From: Actinomycetales bacterium | Lineage (GTDB): Bacteria; Actinomycetota; Actinomycetes; Actinomycetales; Micrococcaceae | Assembly (NCBI GenBank): GCA_038242155.1 | Contig: JBBSSM010000011.1 | Coordinates: forward strand, 623-64,622 | Reading direction: 5' to 3' | DNA length: 64,000 nucleotides | Shown: positions 55,273 to 64,000 of the stretch, piece by piece | Layout of the letters: every line of letters starts with the position of its first letter | How positions within the stretch are numbered: position 1 is the first letter of the stretch | The notes under the pieces: generated by a model | Told to the model about the DNA's origin: nothing | What the model saw: the letters and a program-made list of their open reading frames with translations, nothing else | Database searches by the model: none | Translations under genes and position numbers: made by a program

Positions 55273-56547
55273 GTGAAGCGACAAAAATCCGGCCCCAGCG
55301 CAGGCGCAGCCACGGTGGGAATGGCGCTCATTGAACCTACTGCCGCCGTCCGCAAGCGGTGGATCACTTCCATTGTGTTGGTCAATATTGGCATCAACGC
55401 TGCCTTTTTTGCACCCATTCAAGTGTTGCTGGGCCAACAGGCAGCGTATTTCAGTGAGGCCGACAAGGAGGGCATTTTGGCACTTGTCACGGGTGCGGGA
55501 GCAGCTGTTTCCCTCGTGGCCAACCCTCTCTTTGGCACCTTCAGCGACAGAACCGTCTCCCGCTTTGGCCGCCGCGTGCCGTGGGTGTTCATTGGTGCGT
55601 TGCTGGGCGCCCTCGGTCTCATTGGTTTGGCCGGTGCTCCCAGCATTGCCGCCATGACGGCACTTTGGTGTTTGGTGCAGTTGGGATGCAATGGGGCACT
55701 TGCAGCGACCTCTGCCGCCGTTCCCGACCAGGTACCTGTGCGGCAACGCGGCAGTATTGGCGGGCTCGCCTCCATGGGAACCGTGGTGGGAATTCTCATG
55801 GGCGCCGCCATTGGTGCCGTAGTGGCCGGAAATTACTCCACAGGATTTATTATCTGCGCCGTGGGGCTGCTGACCGGCATGGTGCCGTACTTGTTCCTCT
55901 CCAACGATCACGTGCTCAGCGCCCAGGACCGGCCGCGCTTTGCCTGGGCTGCGTTTGCGAAGGGCTTTTGGGTCTCTCCGCGCCGCTTCCCCGACTTTGG
56001 CTGGGCTTGGATTACCCGTTTTCTAGTCAATATTGGGAACAATTTAGTGACCCTGTACCTGCTCTTTTTTCTCAAGGACGCCGTGGGATTTGAGAACCCG
56101 GAAAGAGGGGTGCTGATCTTGACGGGCATCTATGCGGTACTGACGCTGATCACTGCCGTCATTGGTGGCCGGTGGTCGGATCGCGTGGGCCGGCGCAAAC
56201 CCTTTGTCATTGCCTCCTCGGCAATGATTGCCCTGGCATCATTGATTTTGGCGTTCCTCCCTTCATGGACCGGGGCACTTCTCGGTGCCGCAGTTCTTGG
56301 CATTGGCTATGGCGTATACCTGGCGGTGGATTTTGCCCTCCTGACACAGGTCCTGCCCTCGGCGGCAAGCCGTGGCAAAGACCTTGGCGTGATTAATGTG
56401 GCCAGTTCACTGCCGCAGGTCATTGCACCGTTGATTGCGTGGCCGCTGGTGGCGTTTTTAGGTGGCTATGTAACGTTGTATGTCGTGGCCGCCGTCATTG
56501 GACTGCTGGGCGCCGTGTTTGTGGTGAAAATTAAGGGCGTCGACTAG
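55273..56547 (+). CDS. MFS transporter
   Basis: About 12 hydrophobic helices. GTFSDRTVSRFGRRVPW and GGRWSDRVGRRKPF are MFS loop motifs. The start may be the ATG at 55321. Confidence 0.85.
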   Translation: MKRQKSGPSAGAATVGMALIEPTAAVRKRWITSIVLVNIGINAAFFAPIQVLLGQQAAYFSEADKEGILALVTGAGAAVSLVANPLFGTFSDRTVSRFGRRVPWVFIGALLGALGLIGLAGAPSIAAMTALWCLVQLGCNGALAATSAAVPDQVPVRQRGSIGGLASMGTVVGILMGAAIGAVVAGNYSTGFIICAVGLLTGMVPYLFLSNDHVLSAQDRPRFAWAAFAKGFWVSPRRFPDFGWAWITRFLVNIGNNLVTLYLLFFLKDAVGFENPERGVLILTGIYAVLTLITAVIGGRWSDRVGRRKPFVIASSAMIALASLILAFLPSWTGALLGAAVLGIGYGVYLAVDFALLTQVLPSAASRGKDLGVINVASSLPQVIAPLIAWPLVAFLGGYVTLYVVAAVIGLLGAVFVVKIKGVD

Positions 56548-56584
56548 GGCGCACTGCTGGGAACCAGGGCCGTGGGCTGGGGGT

Positions 56585-56612
56585 CGACGGCGGACCCGGT
56601 TTGCCGCCGTCG
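56585..56612. terminator. Possible stem-loop terminator between the convergent MFS and DUF2079 genes
   Basis: 9-bp GC-rich stem, CGACGGCGG (56585-56593) / CCGCCGTCG (56604-56612), with a 10-nt loop. No U-tract. Confidence 0.35.
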
Positions 56613-56615
56613 TGC

Positions 56616-58019
56616 CTAGTCCCGCTTGGCTACTTGGTAACGGTCCGCCGCATGGACCGTGGTGAAGGAAGTGCCGGGAAAGCGTTGTTCGGCCTGCTGT
56701 TCGGCAGTGGTGGCGGTGGCGTGGGGGTCACCTGCAATGTCGATCAGGAAGTAATCCGGAGCTGGATTCCGATTGCCCACCCAGTACACCTCCGTGCGGT
56801 CCACGAGGTAACTCATGAGCGAAATGTCAGTTTCCACTGTGACCCCGTCGGGCACTGCAGCCAGGGCCGCCTGGGCAGCTGCCGACGTGGTGGAGGGAAA
56901 GAATTTCCCTGGATCCGTAAGTTTCCAAAAGGCGTATTGACTGGTCAAAGCGACTGCAATGACCAGTATGGCGGCGCCCATGAGCAGGCGCAGCCGCTGG
57001 GAATTGAGCACCTTCCGGCGTGACAGCGCGTCAATTGCGGCGCAGAAAACCACCGGCATGAGGACAGCACTGTACTGCCACTCCTGACCCCAGTAAACGG
57101 GCAGCTCGGACAGGAAACGCCACGCCAGGGTGGGCAGCACAATGAGGGTCAGGGGAGAACACAAGCACAACCCGGCGGTGATGGCTGCCAGCAGGAACAC
57201 CGTGGTGAGCTTGTCGGCTTGAAAGGCGGACGCCGGGTTGCTGAACAGACCTGCAATGTCCAACTGGCTTTCATAGGCCCACTGCTCACCGGGATTCATG
57301 GCCGGCAGGATGACCTTGGTGGCCAGCACAAACCATGCCACACCCCACAGGGACAGCCACAGCCCTGCGGAGGCCCGGGCACGCCATGCCATGACCAGGC
57401 CGATCACCAGGACCGTCAGACCCAGATCCTCCTTGACAAACACTAAAAGCGAGGCCCAGATCCACACCGAACGCCAGCGTTGCTCCATGAAGGCCACCAG
57501 GGCCAGGGCCAGCAGGGGGACGGCAAAGGCCACTTCATGGAACTGCGCTTCCACGGCCGACGCCAGCCCCCAGCTCAGGGCATAGCCCACACCGAGGCAG
57601 GCGCCGGTGATGGTGCCGAGGCGCTTCACGGCGTAATGACTGATCACCACCACCGAGCTGGCCAGGAGCACATTTTGCACCACCAGCAAGGTGTAGGCGC
57701 TCGGGAAGAGGCGGTATACCGGACCCAATAACACCAGGAGCGGGTGGAAGTGGTCGCCCAATAAGTTAAAGCCCTCACCCTTGATGCTCACAATGGGCGG
57801 GTCAAAGTTTGCGTAGGCCTGTGCCAGCTGGGTAAAAATGCCCAGATCCCAGGACCTGACGGTGAAGCTGTGCCATTGGATTTGGGAGAAGAAGGAGTAC
57901 ATGGCGAAGGTGAGGACGCCTGTAACCGCGGCCAAGACCGAAACCTTGCGGGAACTTCGGTGTGGTTGCTCCCCCGCTAAGTGCTGAGGGACAGTCTTTG
58001 GCTGAGTAGTCACAGGCAA
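56616..58019 (-). CDS. DUF2079-domain integral membrane protein
   Basis: 467 aa, polytopic. SWDLGIFTQLAQAYANFDPPIVSIKGEGFNLLGDHFHPLL matches the conserved DUF2079 N-terminal region. Confidence 0.75.
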   Translation of the reverse strand: MPVTTQPKTVPQHLAGEQPHRSSRKVSVLAAVTGVLTFAMYSFFSQIQWHSFTVRSWDLGIFTQLAQAYANFDPPIVSIKGEGFNLLGDHFHPLLVLLGPVYRLFPSAYTLLVVQNVLLASSVVVISHYAVKRLGTITGACLGVGYALSWGLASAVEAQFHEVAFAVPLLALALVAFMEQRWRSVWIWASLLVFVKEDLGLTVLVIGLVMAWRARASAGLWLSLWGVAWFVLATKVILPAMNPGEQWAYESQLDIAGLFSNPASAFQADKLTTVFLLAAITAGLCLCSPLTLIVLPTLAWRFLSELPVYWGQEWQYSAVLMPVVFCAAIDALSRRKVLNSQRLRLLMGAAILVIAVALTSQYAFWKLTDPGKFFPSTTSAAAQAALAAVPDGVTVETDISLMSYLVDRTEVYWVGNRNPAPDYFLIDIAGDPHATATTAEQQAEQRFPGTSFTTVHAADRYQVAKRD

Positions 58020-58096
58020 AGTCTAGGCTGGCGGTCGTCGGGAGCGGACATTATGAAAGGTTCGGCAAGGTTGGGGCGCGGGGTCTTTTTGCTGCG

Positions 58097-58133
58097 GGGA
58101 AGCACCGTTAGTGGGAAGCACCGTAAGTGGGAG
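58097..58133. repeat. 16-bp tandem direct repeat, about 2.3 copies
   Basis: GGGAAGCACCGTTAGT (58097-58112), GGGAAGCACCGTAAGT (58113-58128) and a partial GGGAG (58129-58133). It lies in the divergent DUF2079/DUF456 spacer. Confidence 0.9.
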
Positions 58134-58159
58134 CCACTGCAGCGTGACACGATTGCAGC

Positions 58160-58660
58160 ATGGATGCACAGATCATTTGGACAGTTGTCTGCGGGCTCGC
58201 CATTGTGGTGGGGGTCGCTGGAATCATCATTCCCGTGCTGCCCGGCAGCATATTAATCATCATCAGCCTTCTGGTGTGGGCCATTGTGCTGGGATCCCCC
58301 CTGGGCTGGACAGTGTTTGGCATTGGCGTGGTGCTGGCCGCCGCGGGGATGGCCTCCAGTGCGGTGCTGACCGGAAGGGTGATGAAGGAAAGGTCAATTC
58401 CCGGCAGGTCCGTGGTGTTTGGCCTCGCCCTTGGCGTAGTCGGCTTTTTCGTCATCCCCGTAGTGGGCCTGTTGGTGGGGTTTGCGGTGGGTTTGTTCCT
58501 GTCGGAATATGCCAGACAACGCGAGATTAAGCCGGCCGTGTCATCCTCTGTGGCTGCTCTGAAGGCCACCGGCTTGGGCATGTTGGCGGAATTTGGCTTT
58601 GCCTCACTCGCCGCCGGTACGTGGGGCGCCGGGGTCCTGATTCATTTCCTCAACCGCTGA
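58160..58660 (+). CDS. DUF456-domain membrane protein
   Basis: 166 aa with four hydrophobic helices. IIIPVLPGSILIIISLLVWA is typical of DUF456. Confidence 0.7.
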   Translation: MDAQIIWTVVCGLAIVVGVAGIIIPVLPGSILIIISLLVWAIVLGSPLGWTVFGIGVVLAAAGMASSAVLTGRVMKERSIPGRSVVFGLALGVVGFFVIPVVGLLVGFAVGLFLSEYARQREIKPAVSSSVAALKATGLGMLAEFGFASLAAGTWGAGVLIHFLNR

Positions 58661-58681
58661 ACGTATTTTGAACTCATGCCA

Positions 58682-59152
58682 CTAGGGCATGTCCAGGACC
58701 ATGCTGACGTCGGCCATGGCACCGCCGCAGCGCTCATTGCCGGAAATGCGGGTCCAGTTTACTTTGGTGGACTGATTTGAAAGCACTGCGCCGTTTTTGT
58801 CGTAGACAGTGAAACTGATGGTACCGGCAGGCTGTGCGCCCAGGGACAGTTGCCATGACCCGTCCCTTTCATGGATGAGTGCCCGGGTGGTGCCCGAAGA
58901 GGCCTTGGCGAAAGCAGGCGCAAGCGGCACGCACTCCTCACCCATGCAGGCCGTGACGGCTGCCGGCTGAACGGCCTTGGCGCTGGTGGGCGACAGTTGC
59001 AGGTGCAGCTGGTTGTTCCACGTGGGGGAGGGGCAATCCGCGCCCTCGCGGTCCAACACAATTGCACCAATGATGAAGGCCATGCAAAAAGCGGCAACGA
59101 GGGGGACCACAAATAGTTGCACGCGTCGGCGGGGAGTAAAAACGGCAGGCAT
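58682..59152 (-). CDS. Hypothetical membrane-anchored/secreted protein
   Basis: 156 aa with an N-terminal Arg-rich segment plus a hydrophobic anchor (RRRVQLFVVPLVAAFCMAFIIGAIVL) and four Cys in the extracytoplasmic part. No family recognised. Confidence 0.5.
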   Translation of the reverse strand: MPAVFTPRRRVQLFVVPLVAAFCMAFIIGAIVLDREGADCPSPTWNNQLHLQLSPTSAKAVQPAAVTACMGEECVPLAPAFAKASSGTTRALIHERDGSWQLSLGAQPAGTISFTVYDKNGAVLSNQSTKVNWTRISGNERCGGAMADVSMVLDMP

Positions 59153-59408
59153 GGGCCCATGTTACTGACTGACTCTGATGATTTGCCGCAAAGAATATGG
59201 GTGAATCCGGCGAGCGCTCCGCGGCGCCCAGTGGGGGTCGCAGCCGGGCAGGTACTTGATCCAGCCGGCAACCGGCCATGAAGCAACCATTGAAACAGCT
59301 GTGCGGCACCCCCATTTTCTTAGCCAATGCAGTACCGTACAGTGCATGCTCAAGGATCCGGAACAGGCGCCCGTGCTGGGGACGCAGGGTGGCAACGAAA
59401 GGGTATAA

Positions 59409-62267
59409 ATGTCGGCGCAGGCACATCGGACACCGCTGGGCGGGTCACTTTTGCGCCAGTTCGCCGCCACGATGGGTGGCGCGGGGCAGCTGCGCACCAG
59501 CGCTTTGGATCGTCATGCCGCCGCCCATGATGCCTCCCATTTCCTGCTTATTCCCCAGGCAGTGGCGGAGCCCTCGGGTGCAGCCGAAGTGGCCGCCCTC
59601 ATGCAGACAAGTGCTGCACACCAGGTGCCCCTGACATTGCGATCCGGTGGTACCAGCTTGAGTGGTCAAGCCGTCAGTGGCGGCTTATTAGTGGATGTAC
59701 GCAAGAACTTTCGGGCCATTGAAGTGCTCGACGACGGCGCCCGCGTGCGGGTGCAGCCCGGTGTCACAGTGCGGGACCTCAATGCCCGCCTGCTGCGCTA
59801 CGGACGCAAGTTTGGCCCGGACCCGGCCAGCGAGGCGGCCTGCACCATTGGTGGGGTGGTGGCCAATAACTCTTCGGGCATGGCTTGTGGAATTACCGAC
59901 AATGCCTATAGGACTTTGGAGTCACTGACACTGGTGTTGCCGAGTGGAACGGTCCTTGATACTGGCGTCCCGGATGCCTCGGTCACGCTGCGCTCGCTGG
60001 AGCCTGAACTTTTCCAAGGCCTGGGTGAGCTGGCTCGGCAGGTCCGCAGCAACCCAGTCCTGCGCGCCACCATTGAGCGGCAATTCGCGATGAAAAACAC
60101 CATGGGCTACGGGCTGAACTCATTGCTGGATTTTACTGACCCCGTAGACATTTTGACTCATTTAGTGGTGGGCAGCGAGGGCACTTTGGCTTTTGTCGCC
60201 GGGGCGGTTTTCCGGACAGTGCCACGGCTGGCACATGCCACCACCGGCCTGCTGGTGTTTAAAAACCTGGCAGCTGCCAATGCTGCTCTGCCAGCCCTGG
60301 TGGAAAGTGGCGCCGCCACGGTGGAACTCATGGACGCGCTTTCACTCAGGGTTGGCCAAGGCCTGGCGCGCGTCCCCCCTGTGGTGCGCGATCTGGCGGT
60401 GGCACACCACGCGGCCTTGTTGGTGGAATATCAAAGCAGTGACTTGGCGGAGCTGGCCTCCCTCGATGCTGCGGCAGCGGCACTTGCAGGGACACTGGGT
60501 TTGGCCGATACGGCGGAGTTTAGTTCCGACACCCGGACGCGTGCCGAGCTTTGGCATTTACGCAAGGGACTGTACGCGTCCATAGCGGGAGCCCGCCCGC
60601 CTGGCACCACGGCACTTTTGGAAGATGTGGTTGTCCCCGTGCCGGCCTTGGCGCAAACGTGCGGGGAACTAAACACACTTTTCAGCAAGTACAACTATGT
60701 AAATTCGGTCATTTTTGGCCATGCCAAGGATGGCAATATCCACTTCATGTTGACGGATGGCTTTGCCACTAAGGATGAACTGGGTCGTTACGCCGCATTT
60801 ACCGAGGACATGGTGGAGGTGGTGCTGGGAAAGGGTGGTTCGCTCAAGGCCGAGCATGGCACGGGCCGCGTCATGGCACCGTTTGTGCGTCGGCAGTACG
60901 GCAATGAGCTGTATGAGGTGATGCGCCGCATCAAGGAGTTGTGTGACCCTGCCGGCATGCTCAACCCCGGTGTCATCTTCACCGATGATCCCTTAGCGCA
61001 CCTGAGTCACATAAAACCATCGCCGCCCTCCGTTGACCCCGAGGTGGATCGTTGCGTTTCCTGCGGCTATTGCGAACCCGTCTGTCCCAGTAAAAACCTG
61101 ACACTGACCCCACGCCAGCGCATTGTGGCCCTGCGGGACATGGAAACGGCCCGCCGTGCGGGGGATCTGGAATTAGCGGACGCCCTGGCCCGGGACTATG
61201 GCTATGCGGGGGTGGATACGTGCGCTGTGGATGGCATGTGCCAGACTGCCTGCCCCGTGGACATCAACACAGGCACCCTCGTGAAGCACCTGCGTGCGCA
61301 GGGAGCCGGTAAAACCAAGAGCGCCCTTTGGGGTGCTGCCGCGCAACACTGGGGCGTCGTCACGCAGGGCGCCGCGCTGGCACTGGGCATGGCCGCAAAG
61401 GTGCCAGCCGCCGTCGTGCAGCCAGTCAACAGGGGTGCGCGGAAAATTTTGGGTGAGGATGCGTTGCCGCTGTATTCGGCTGAGCTTCCCGCAGGAGGCA
61501 GGGCCCGACGCCGGCCGGCACCTCAGGGAGCCCCGGCGGCCGTGTATTTCCCCGCGTGCGTCAACGTCATGTTTGGGGCCGCGGACCAGGATGCGCCCGG
61601 TGTGCAGGCAAGTTTTGAGCAGCTGTGCGCAGCCGCGGGAGTTGAATTGCTGGTTCCCAAAGGAATTTCCGCAGCGTGCTGTGGAACGCCGTGGTCCTCA
61701 AAAGGTATGGTCGGCGGCCTGGCGGACATGCATGCACGGACCTTGGAACTTTTGCGGGAAGCAACGCGGGATGGAGAACTGGCTGTCATTTGTGATGCCT
61801 CGAGCTGTACCGAGGGGCTGCTGCACACACTTGAAAGCGAACAGCCCCAGCCCGGCCAACGGCCGCTGCGGGTGCGCGATGCCGTGGAGTTTACTGCCAC
61901 CGAGTTATTGCCGTTGCTGGACGGAGGGTGGGACCAGGTCGAGTCATTGGCGCTGCACCCCACCTGTTCATCGCAGCGGATGGGATTGAACCCCGCACTG
62001 GTGACGGTTGCTGCGGCCGTTGCAAAAACTGTCCACATTCCCTCCTCCTGGGGTTGCTGCGGTTTTGCAGGGGACCGGGGCATGCTGCATCCGGAGTTGA
62101 CGGCGTCGGCCACGGCTGCCCAAGCCGCGGAGGTGGTGGCCATGGGCGCTGCCGTACATGCTTCCTGTAACCGGACCTGTGAACTGGGGATGACCCGCGC
62201 CACCGGGAAAGACTATGTGCATGTGTTGGAGGTGTTGGCGCAGGCAGTAACTGCCGCATCCGCTTAA
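59409..62267 (+). CDS. FAD-linked oxidase fused to 4Fe-4S and CCG domains (D-lactate/D-2-hydroxyacid dehydrogenase, YdiJ/Dld-II-like)
   Basis: 952 aa. FAD-binding PCMH-type N-terminus (LRSGGTSLSGQAV...GGVVANNSSGMACG). Two ferredoxin-type Cys clusters (CVSCGYCEPVCP and CAVDGMCQTACP). C-terminal Cys-rich CCG-like repeats. Confidence 0.85.
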   Translation: MSAQAHRTPLGGSLLRQFAATMGGAGQLRTSALDRHAAAHDASHFLLIPQAVAEPSGAAEVAALMQTSAAHQVPLTLRSGGTSLSGQAVSGGLLVDVRKNFRAIEVLDDGARVRVQPGVTVRDLNARLLRYGRKFGPDPASEAACTIGGVVANNSSGMACGITDNAYRTLESLTLVLPSGTVLDTGVPDASVTLRSLEPELFQGLGELARQVRSNPVLRATIERQFAMKNTMGYGLNSLLDFTDPVDILTHLVVGSEGTLAFVAGAVFRTVPRLAHATTGLLVFKNLAAANAALPALVESGAATVELMDALSLRVGQGLARVPPVVRDLAVAHHAALLVEYQSSDLAELASLDAAAAALAGTLGLADTAEFSSDTRTRAELWHLRKGLYASIAGARPPGTTALLEDVVVPVPALAQTCGELNTLFSKYNYVNSVIFGHAKDGNIHFMLTDGFATKDELGRYAAFTEDMVEVVLGKGGSLKAEHGTGRVMAPFVRRQYGNELYEVMRRIKELCDPAGMLNPGVIFTDDPLAHLSHIKPSPPSVDPEVDRCVSCGYCEPVCPSKNLTLTPRQRIVALRDMETARRAGDLELADALARDYGYAGVDTCAVDGMCQTACPVDINTGTLVKHLRAQGAGKTKSALWGAAAQHWGVVTQGAALALGMAAKVPAAVVQPVNRGARKILGEDALPLYSAELPAGGRARRRPAPQGAPAAVYFPACVNVMFGAADQDAPGVQASFEQLCAAAGVELLVPKGISAACCGTPWSSKGMVGGLADMHARTLELLREATRDGELAVICDASSCTEGLLHTLESEQPQPGQRPLRVRDAVEFTATELLPLLDGGWDQVESLALHPTCSSQRMGLNPALVTVAAAVAKTVHIPSSWGCCGFAGDRGMLHPELTASATAAQAAEVVAMGAAVHASCNRTCELGMTRATGKDYVHVLEVLAQAVTAASA

Positions 62268-62389
62268 TAAGGACGTAAGTTGGCGCACGTTAGGGCTAAA
62301 AAGCGCCGTTTTATGGCTACAGTAGGGAACAAGAATGGCGTTGGTGCCCACCGCGTCAGCGTTTGAATCAAGCAAAGGACTAAAGCAAA

Positions 62390-62815
62390 ATGGCTGGAAT
62401 TATCATTGTTGGTGTGGATGGCAACTCAACGTCCATGAAGGCTGCCCGTGTTGCAGCGGATTTGGCCCGTGCGACAGGCCGCACCTTGCGCGTTGTGACG
62501 GCATTTGGTGAGGACAAGACTGAGAAGGTTTCCATTGGCAACGACGAGTGGTTTCTCTCCACGGCTGATGAAGCCGAGCGCGTGGCCCAGCGGGTCGCCG
62601 AGGAGCTGAAGATCAGTGGCGTCAAGACCGAGTACTCCTCCGCACTGGGCAAACCTGCCGAAGTGCTCCTTGAGGAAGCCACCAAACTCAAGGCTGAACT
62701 CATTGTGGTGGGCAACATCCGCATGCAGGGTCTGGCACGCGTACTGGGTTCAGTGGCTAACGCCGTTTCACACAATGCACCCTGTGACGTTTACATTGTG
62801 AAAACTGACAGCTAA
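62390..62815 (+). CDS. Universal stress protein (UspA family)
   Basis: 141 aa: IIVGVDGNSTSMKA...LIVVGNIRMQGLARVLGSVANAVSHNAPCDVYIV. Confidence 0.88.
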   Translation: MAGIIIVGVDGNSTSMKAARVAADLARATGRTLRVVTAFGEDKTEKVSIGNDEWFLSTADEAERVAQRVAEELKISGVKTEYSSALGKPAEVLLEEATKLKAELIVVGNIRMQGLARVLGSVANAVSHNAPCDVYIVKTDS

Positions 62816-62834
62816 ATCCTTTTTTGATCCCAAT

Positions 62835-62867
62835 AAAACCCCCGCAGCGTCATGCTGCGGGGGTTTT
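62835..62867. terminator. Intrinsic terminator after the usp gene
   Basis: 14-bp stem, AAAACCCCCGCAGC (62835-62848) / GCTGCGGGGGTTTT (62854-62867), with a GTCAT loop, followed by a T-rich tract. Confidence 0.85.
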
Positions 62868-62908
62868 ATTGTGGAGCGCGGTTCCCCCGGCGCCAACACG
62901 TTCCCTAG

Positions 62909-64000
62909 AGTGGATTTATGACAACTTCACAGCAAGCTGCCGCCACCACCGCACAGAGCTTTGTCACTGCACAATTCGCCCCCGTCCGGAAGCTTTTCAA
63001 CACCATGCTCGCCGCCGACCCTGCGTACAGTGCGCAGCTGGCTGTGTACTTCGAGGGTAATAAAGTAGTGGATTTAGTGGGTGGGCCCAATATTGCAGCC
63101 GATTCCCTCACGGGTGTTTTTTCCTGCTCCAAGGGCGTGGCTGCGCTCGCCTTTAGCCTGCTGGTTCAAGACGGGCTGGTAAATCTGGATGCCCCCGTGG
63201 CAAACTATTGGCCCGAGTTTGCGCAGCGCGGCAAAGGTGCCATAACTGTCCGCCAGTTACTCTCACACCAGGCTGGCCTGGTGGGCGTGCAGGGTGGATT
63301 TGCCATGGAAGACTACAATGATTTGCCGGCCGTGGCGGCACGGTTGGCAGCCATGGCGCCAATGTGGCGGCCTGGCGGGGGTATTTTTGGCTACCATGCA
63401 CTCACCATGGGCGTGTTTTTGGAGGAGCTGTGCCGCCGGGTCACTGGTGGGAAGTTGCAGGATCTTTATGAAAGCCGCATCCGCGCCCCCTATGCGGTCA
63501 ACATGTACCTGGGCCTGCCCGAGTCCGAGGATGCGCGGTACCGTCCTGTCCTCTTTGATGAGATACCTGCCCCCACTTTTTTTGATCCCGGTTCCATTGC
63601 AGGGGTTTCCGGTAATGTACAGGCGGGAAATTTGCTGAAACTGCCTAATATCCGCAGTGTGCGCGCGGCCGGGAGTACCAGCGGTGCGGGCGTCGGATCA
63701 GCGGAGGGATTGGCCCGGGTGTATGCCGCCGCCACGACGGGAGTTGCCGGTCAGGGCCCGTTCCTGACGGCGGAGACCATTGAGTGCATGAGCCAGGAAC
63801 AAGTGTGGGGTCTGGACCGGGTCTTTTGCGAAGTCAGCTCCTTCGCAGTGACGTTCATGACCGCCAACCCGCGTATGGACTTTGGTAGTGCCCAGGCCTT
63901 TGGACACGAAGGCGCCAATGCGGCGTTGGGATATGCGGATCCACTGTATGGGGTGGGCTTTGGTTACGTCCCGGCACGGGCTGAGGCCGGCTGCACAGCG
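62909..64000 (+). CDS. Serine hydrolase of the beta-lactamase/esterase (class C/EstB-like) family, partial (runs off the right edge)
   Basis: My own translation from ATG 62909: MTTSQQAAATTAQSFVTAQFAPVRKLF...GVFSCSKGVAALAFSLLVQDG (S-x-x-K motif)...LLSHQAGL. There is no stop before the window ends, so it is not in the ORF track. Confidence 0.75.

Noticed and set aside
59153-59408. 256-bp divergent spacer upstream of the FAD/Fe-S dehydrogenase, examined for a riboswitch or small RNA.
   Set aside because: I could not identify a conserved riboswitch core or a convincing stem-loop/terminator by eye. It is treated as an ordinary promoter region.

Overview
GC-rich actinobacterial chromosomal window. 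Gene order and protein sequences look Micrococcaceae/Arthrobacter-like, but that is inference, not a database result. Most of it is core housekeeping and carbohydrate catabolism. I saw no rRNA, tRNA, CRISPR array, transposase or integrase.

Gene content, left to right:
- A Wadjet/MksBEFG-type SMC-like plasmid-defence operon (jetA-jetB-jetC, minus strand). jetC is broken by an apparent frameshift and runs off the left edge.
- rpsF-ssb-rpsR-rplI.
- A frameshifted DUF1801 gene.
- A ~540 bp gene-free region packed with DnaA boxes.
- dnaB, then a MATE exporter and two small membrane proteins.
- An amino-sugar-type cluster: BadF-type kinase, RpiR regulator, SIS protein and ABC importer.
- A CGNR zinc-finger regulator divergent from an EamA transporter.
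- An orphan CopZ-like gene next to a 25-bp perfect palindrome.
- A BNR beta-propeller gene followed by a ThiS/MoaD-like protein ending in Gly-Gly.
- A large polyol block: ptsH-ptsI, tetR, mtlA-mtlD, a sorbitol/mannitol-type ABC operon with a Zn-dehydrogenase, sorC-xylB, and a mannitol-dehydrogenase-family gene.
- poxB, a DUF218 protein, rlmN, a tandem PTH2-like protein, a thioesterase and purB.
- A translationally coupled WXG-like small protein plus lipase-like alpha/beta-hydrolase, convergent with a holin-family membrane protein.
- An aminotransferase, a 2-oxoacid dehydrogenase E1a/E1b/E2 operon, and a second aminotransferase.
- An excisionase-type HTH gene followed by an AAA+ ATPase.
- A Gfo/Idh/MocA oxidoreductase, an MFS transporter, DUF2079 and DUF456 proteins, a large FAD/Fe-S D-2-hydroxyacid dehydrogenase, a universal stress protein, and a partial beta-lactamase-family hydrolase.

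Most noteworthy:
- The interrupted Wadjet operon.
- The oriC-like DnaA-box cluster upstream of dnaB.
- The WXG-like/hydrolase pair.
- The BNR/ubiquitin-like pair.
- The HTH/AAA+ pair with intergenic direct repeats.
- Several exact palindromes and short tandem duplications in intergenic DNA.

I found no system I can call novel with confidence. The candidates are conserved-looking gene pairs of unknown function.
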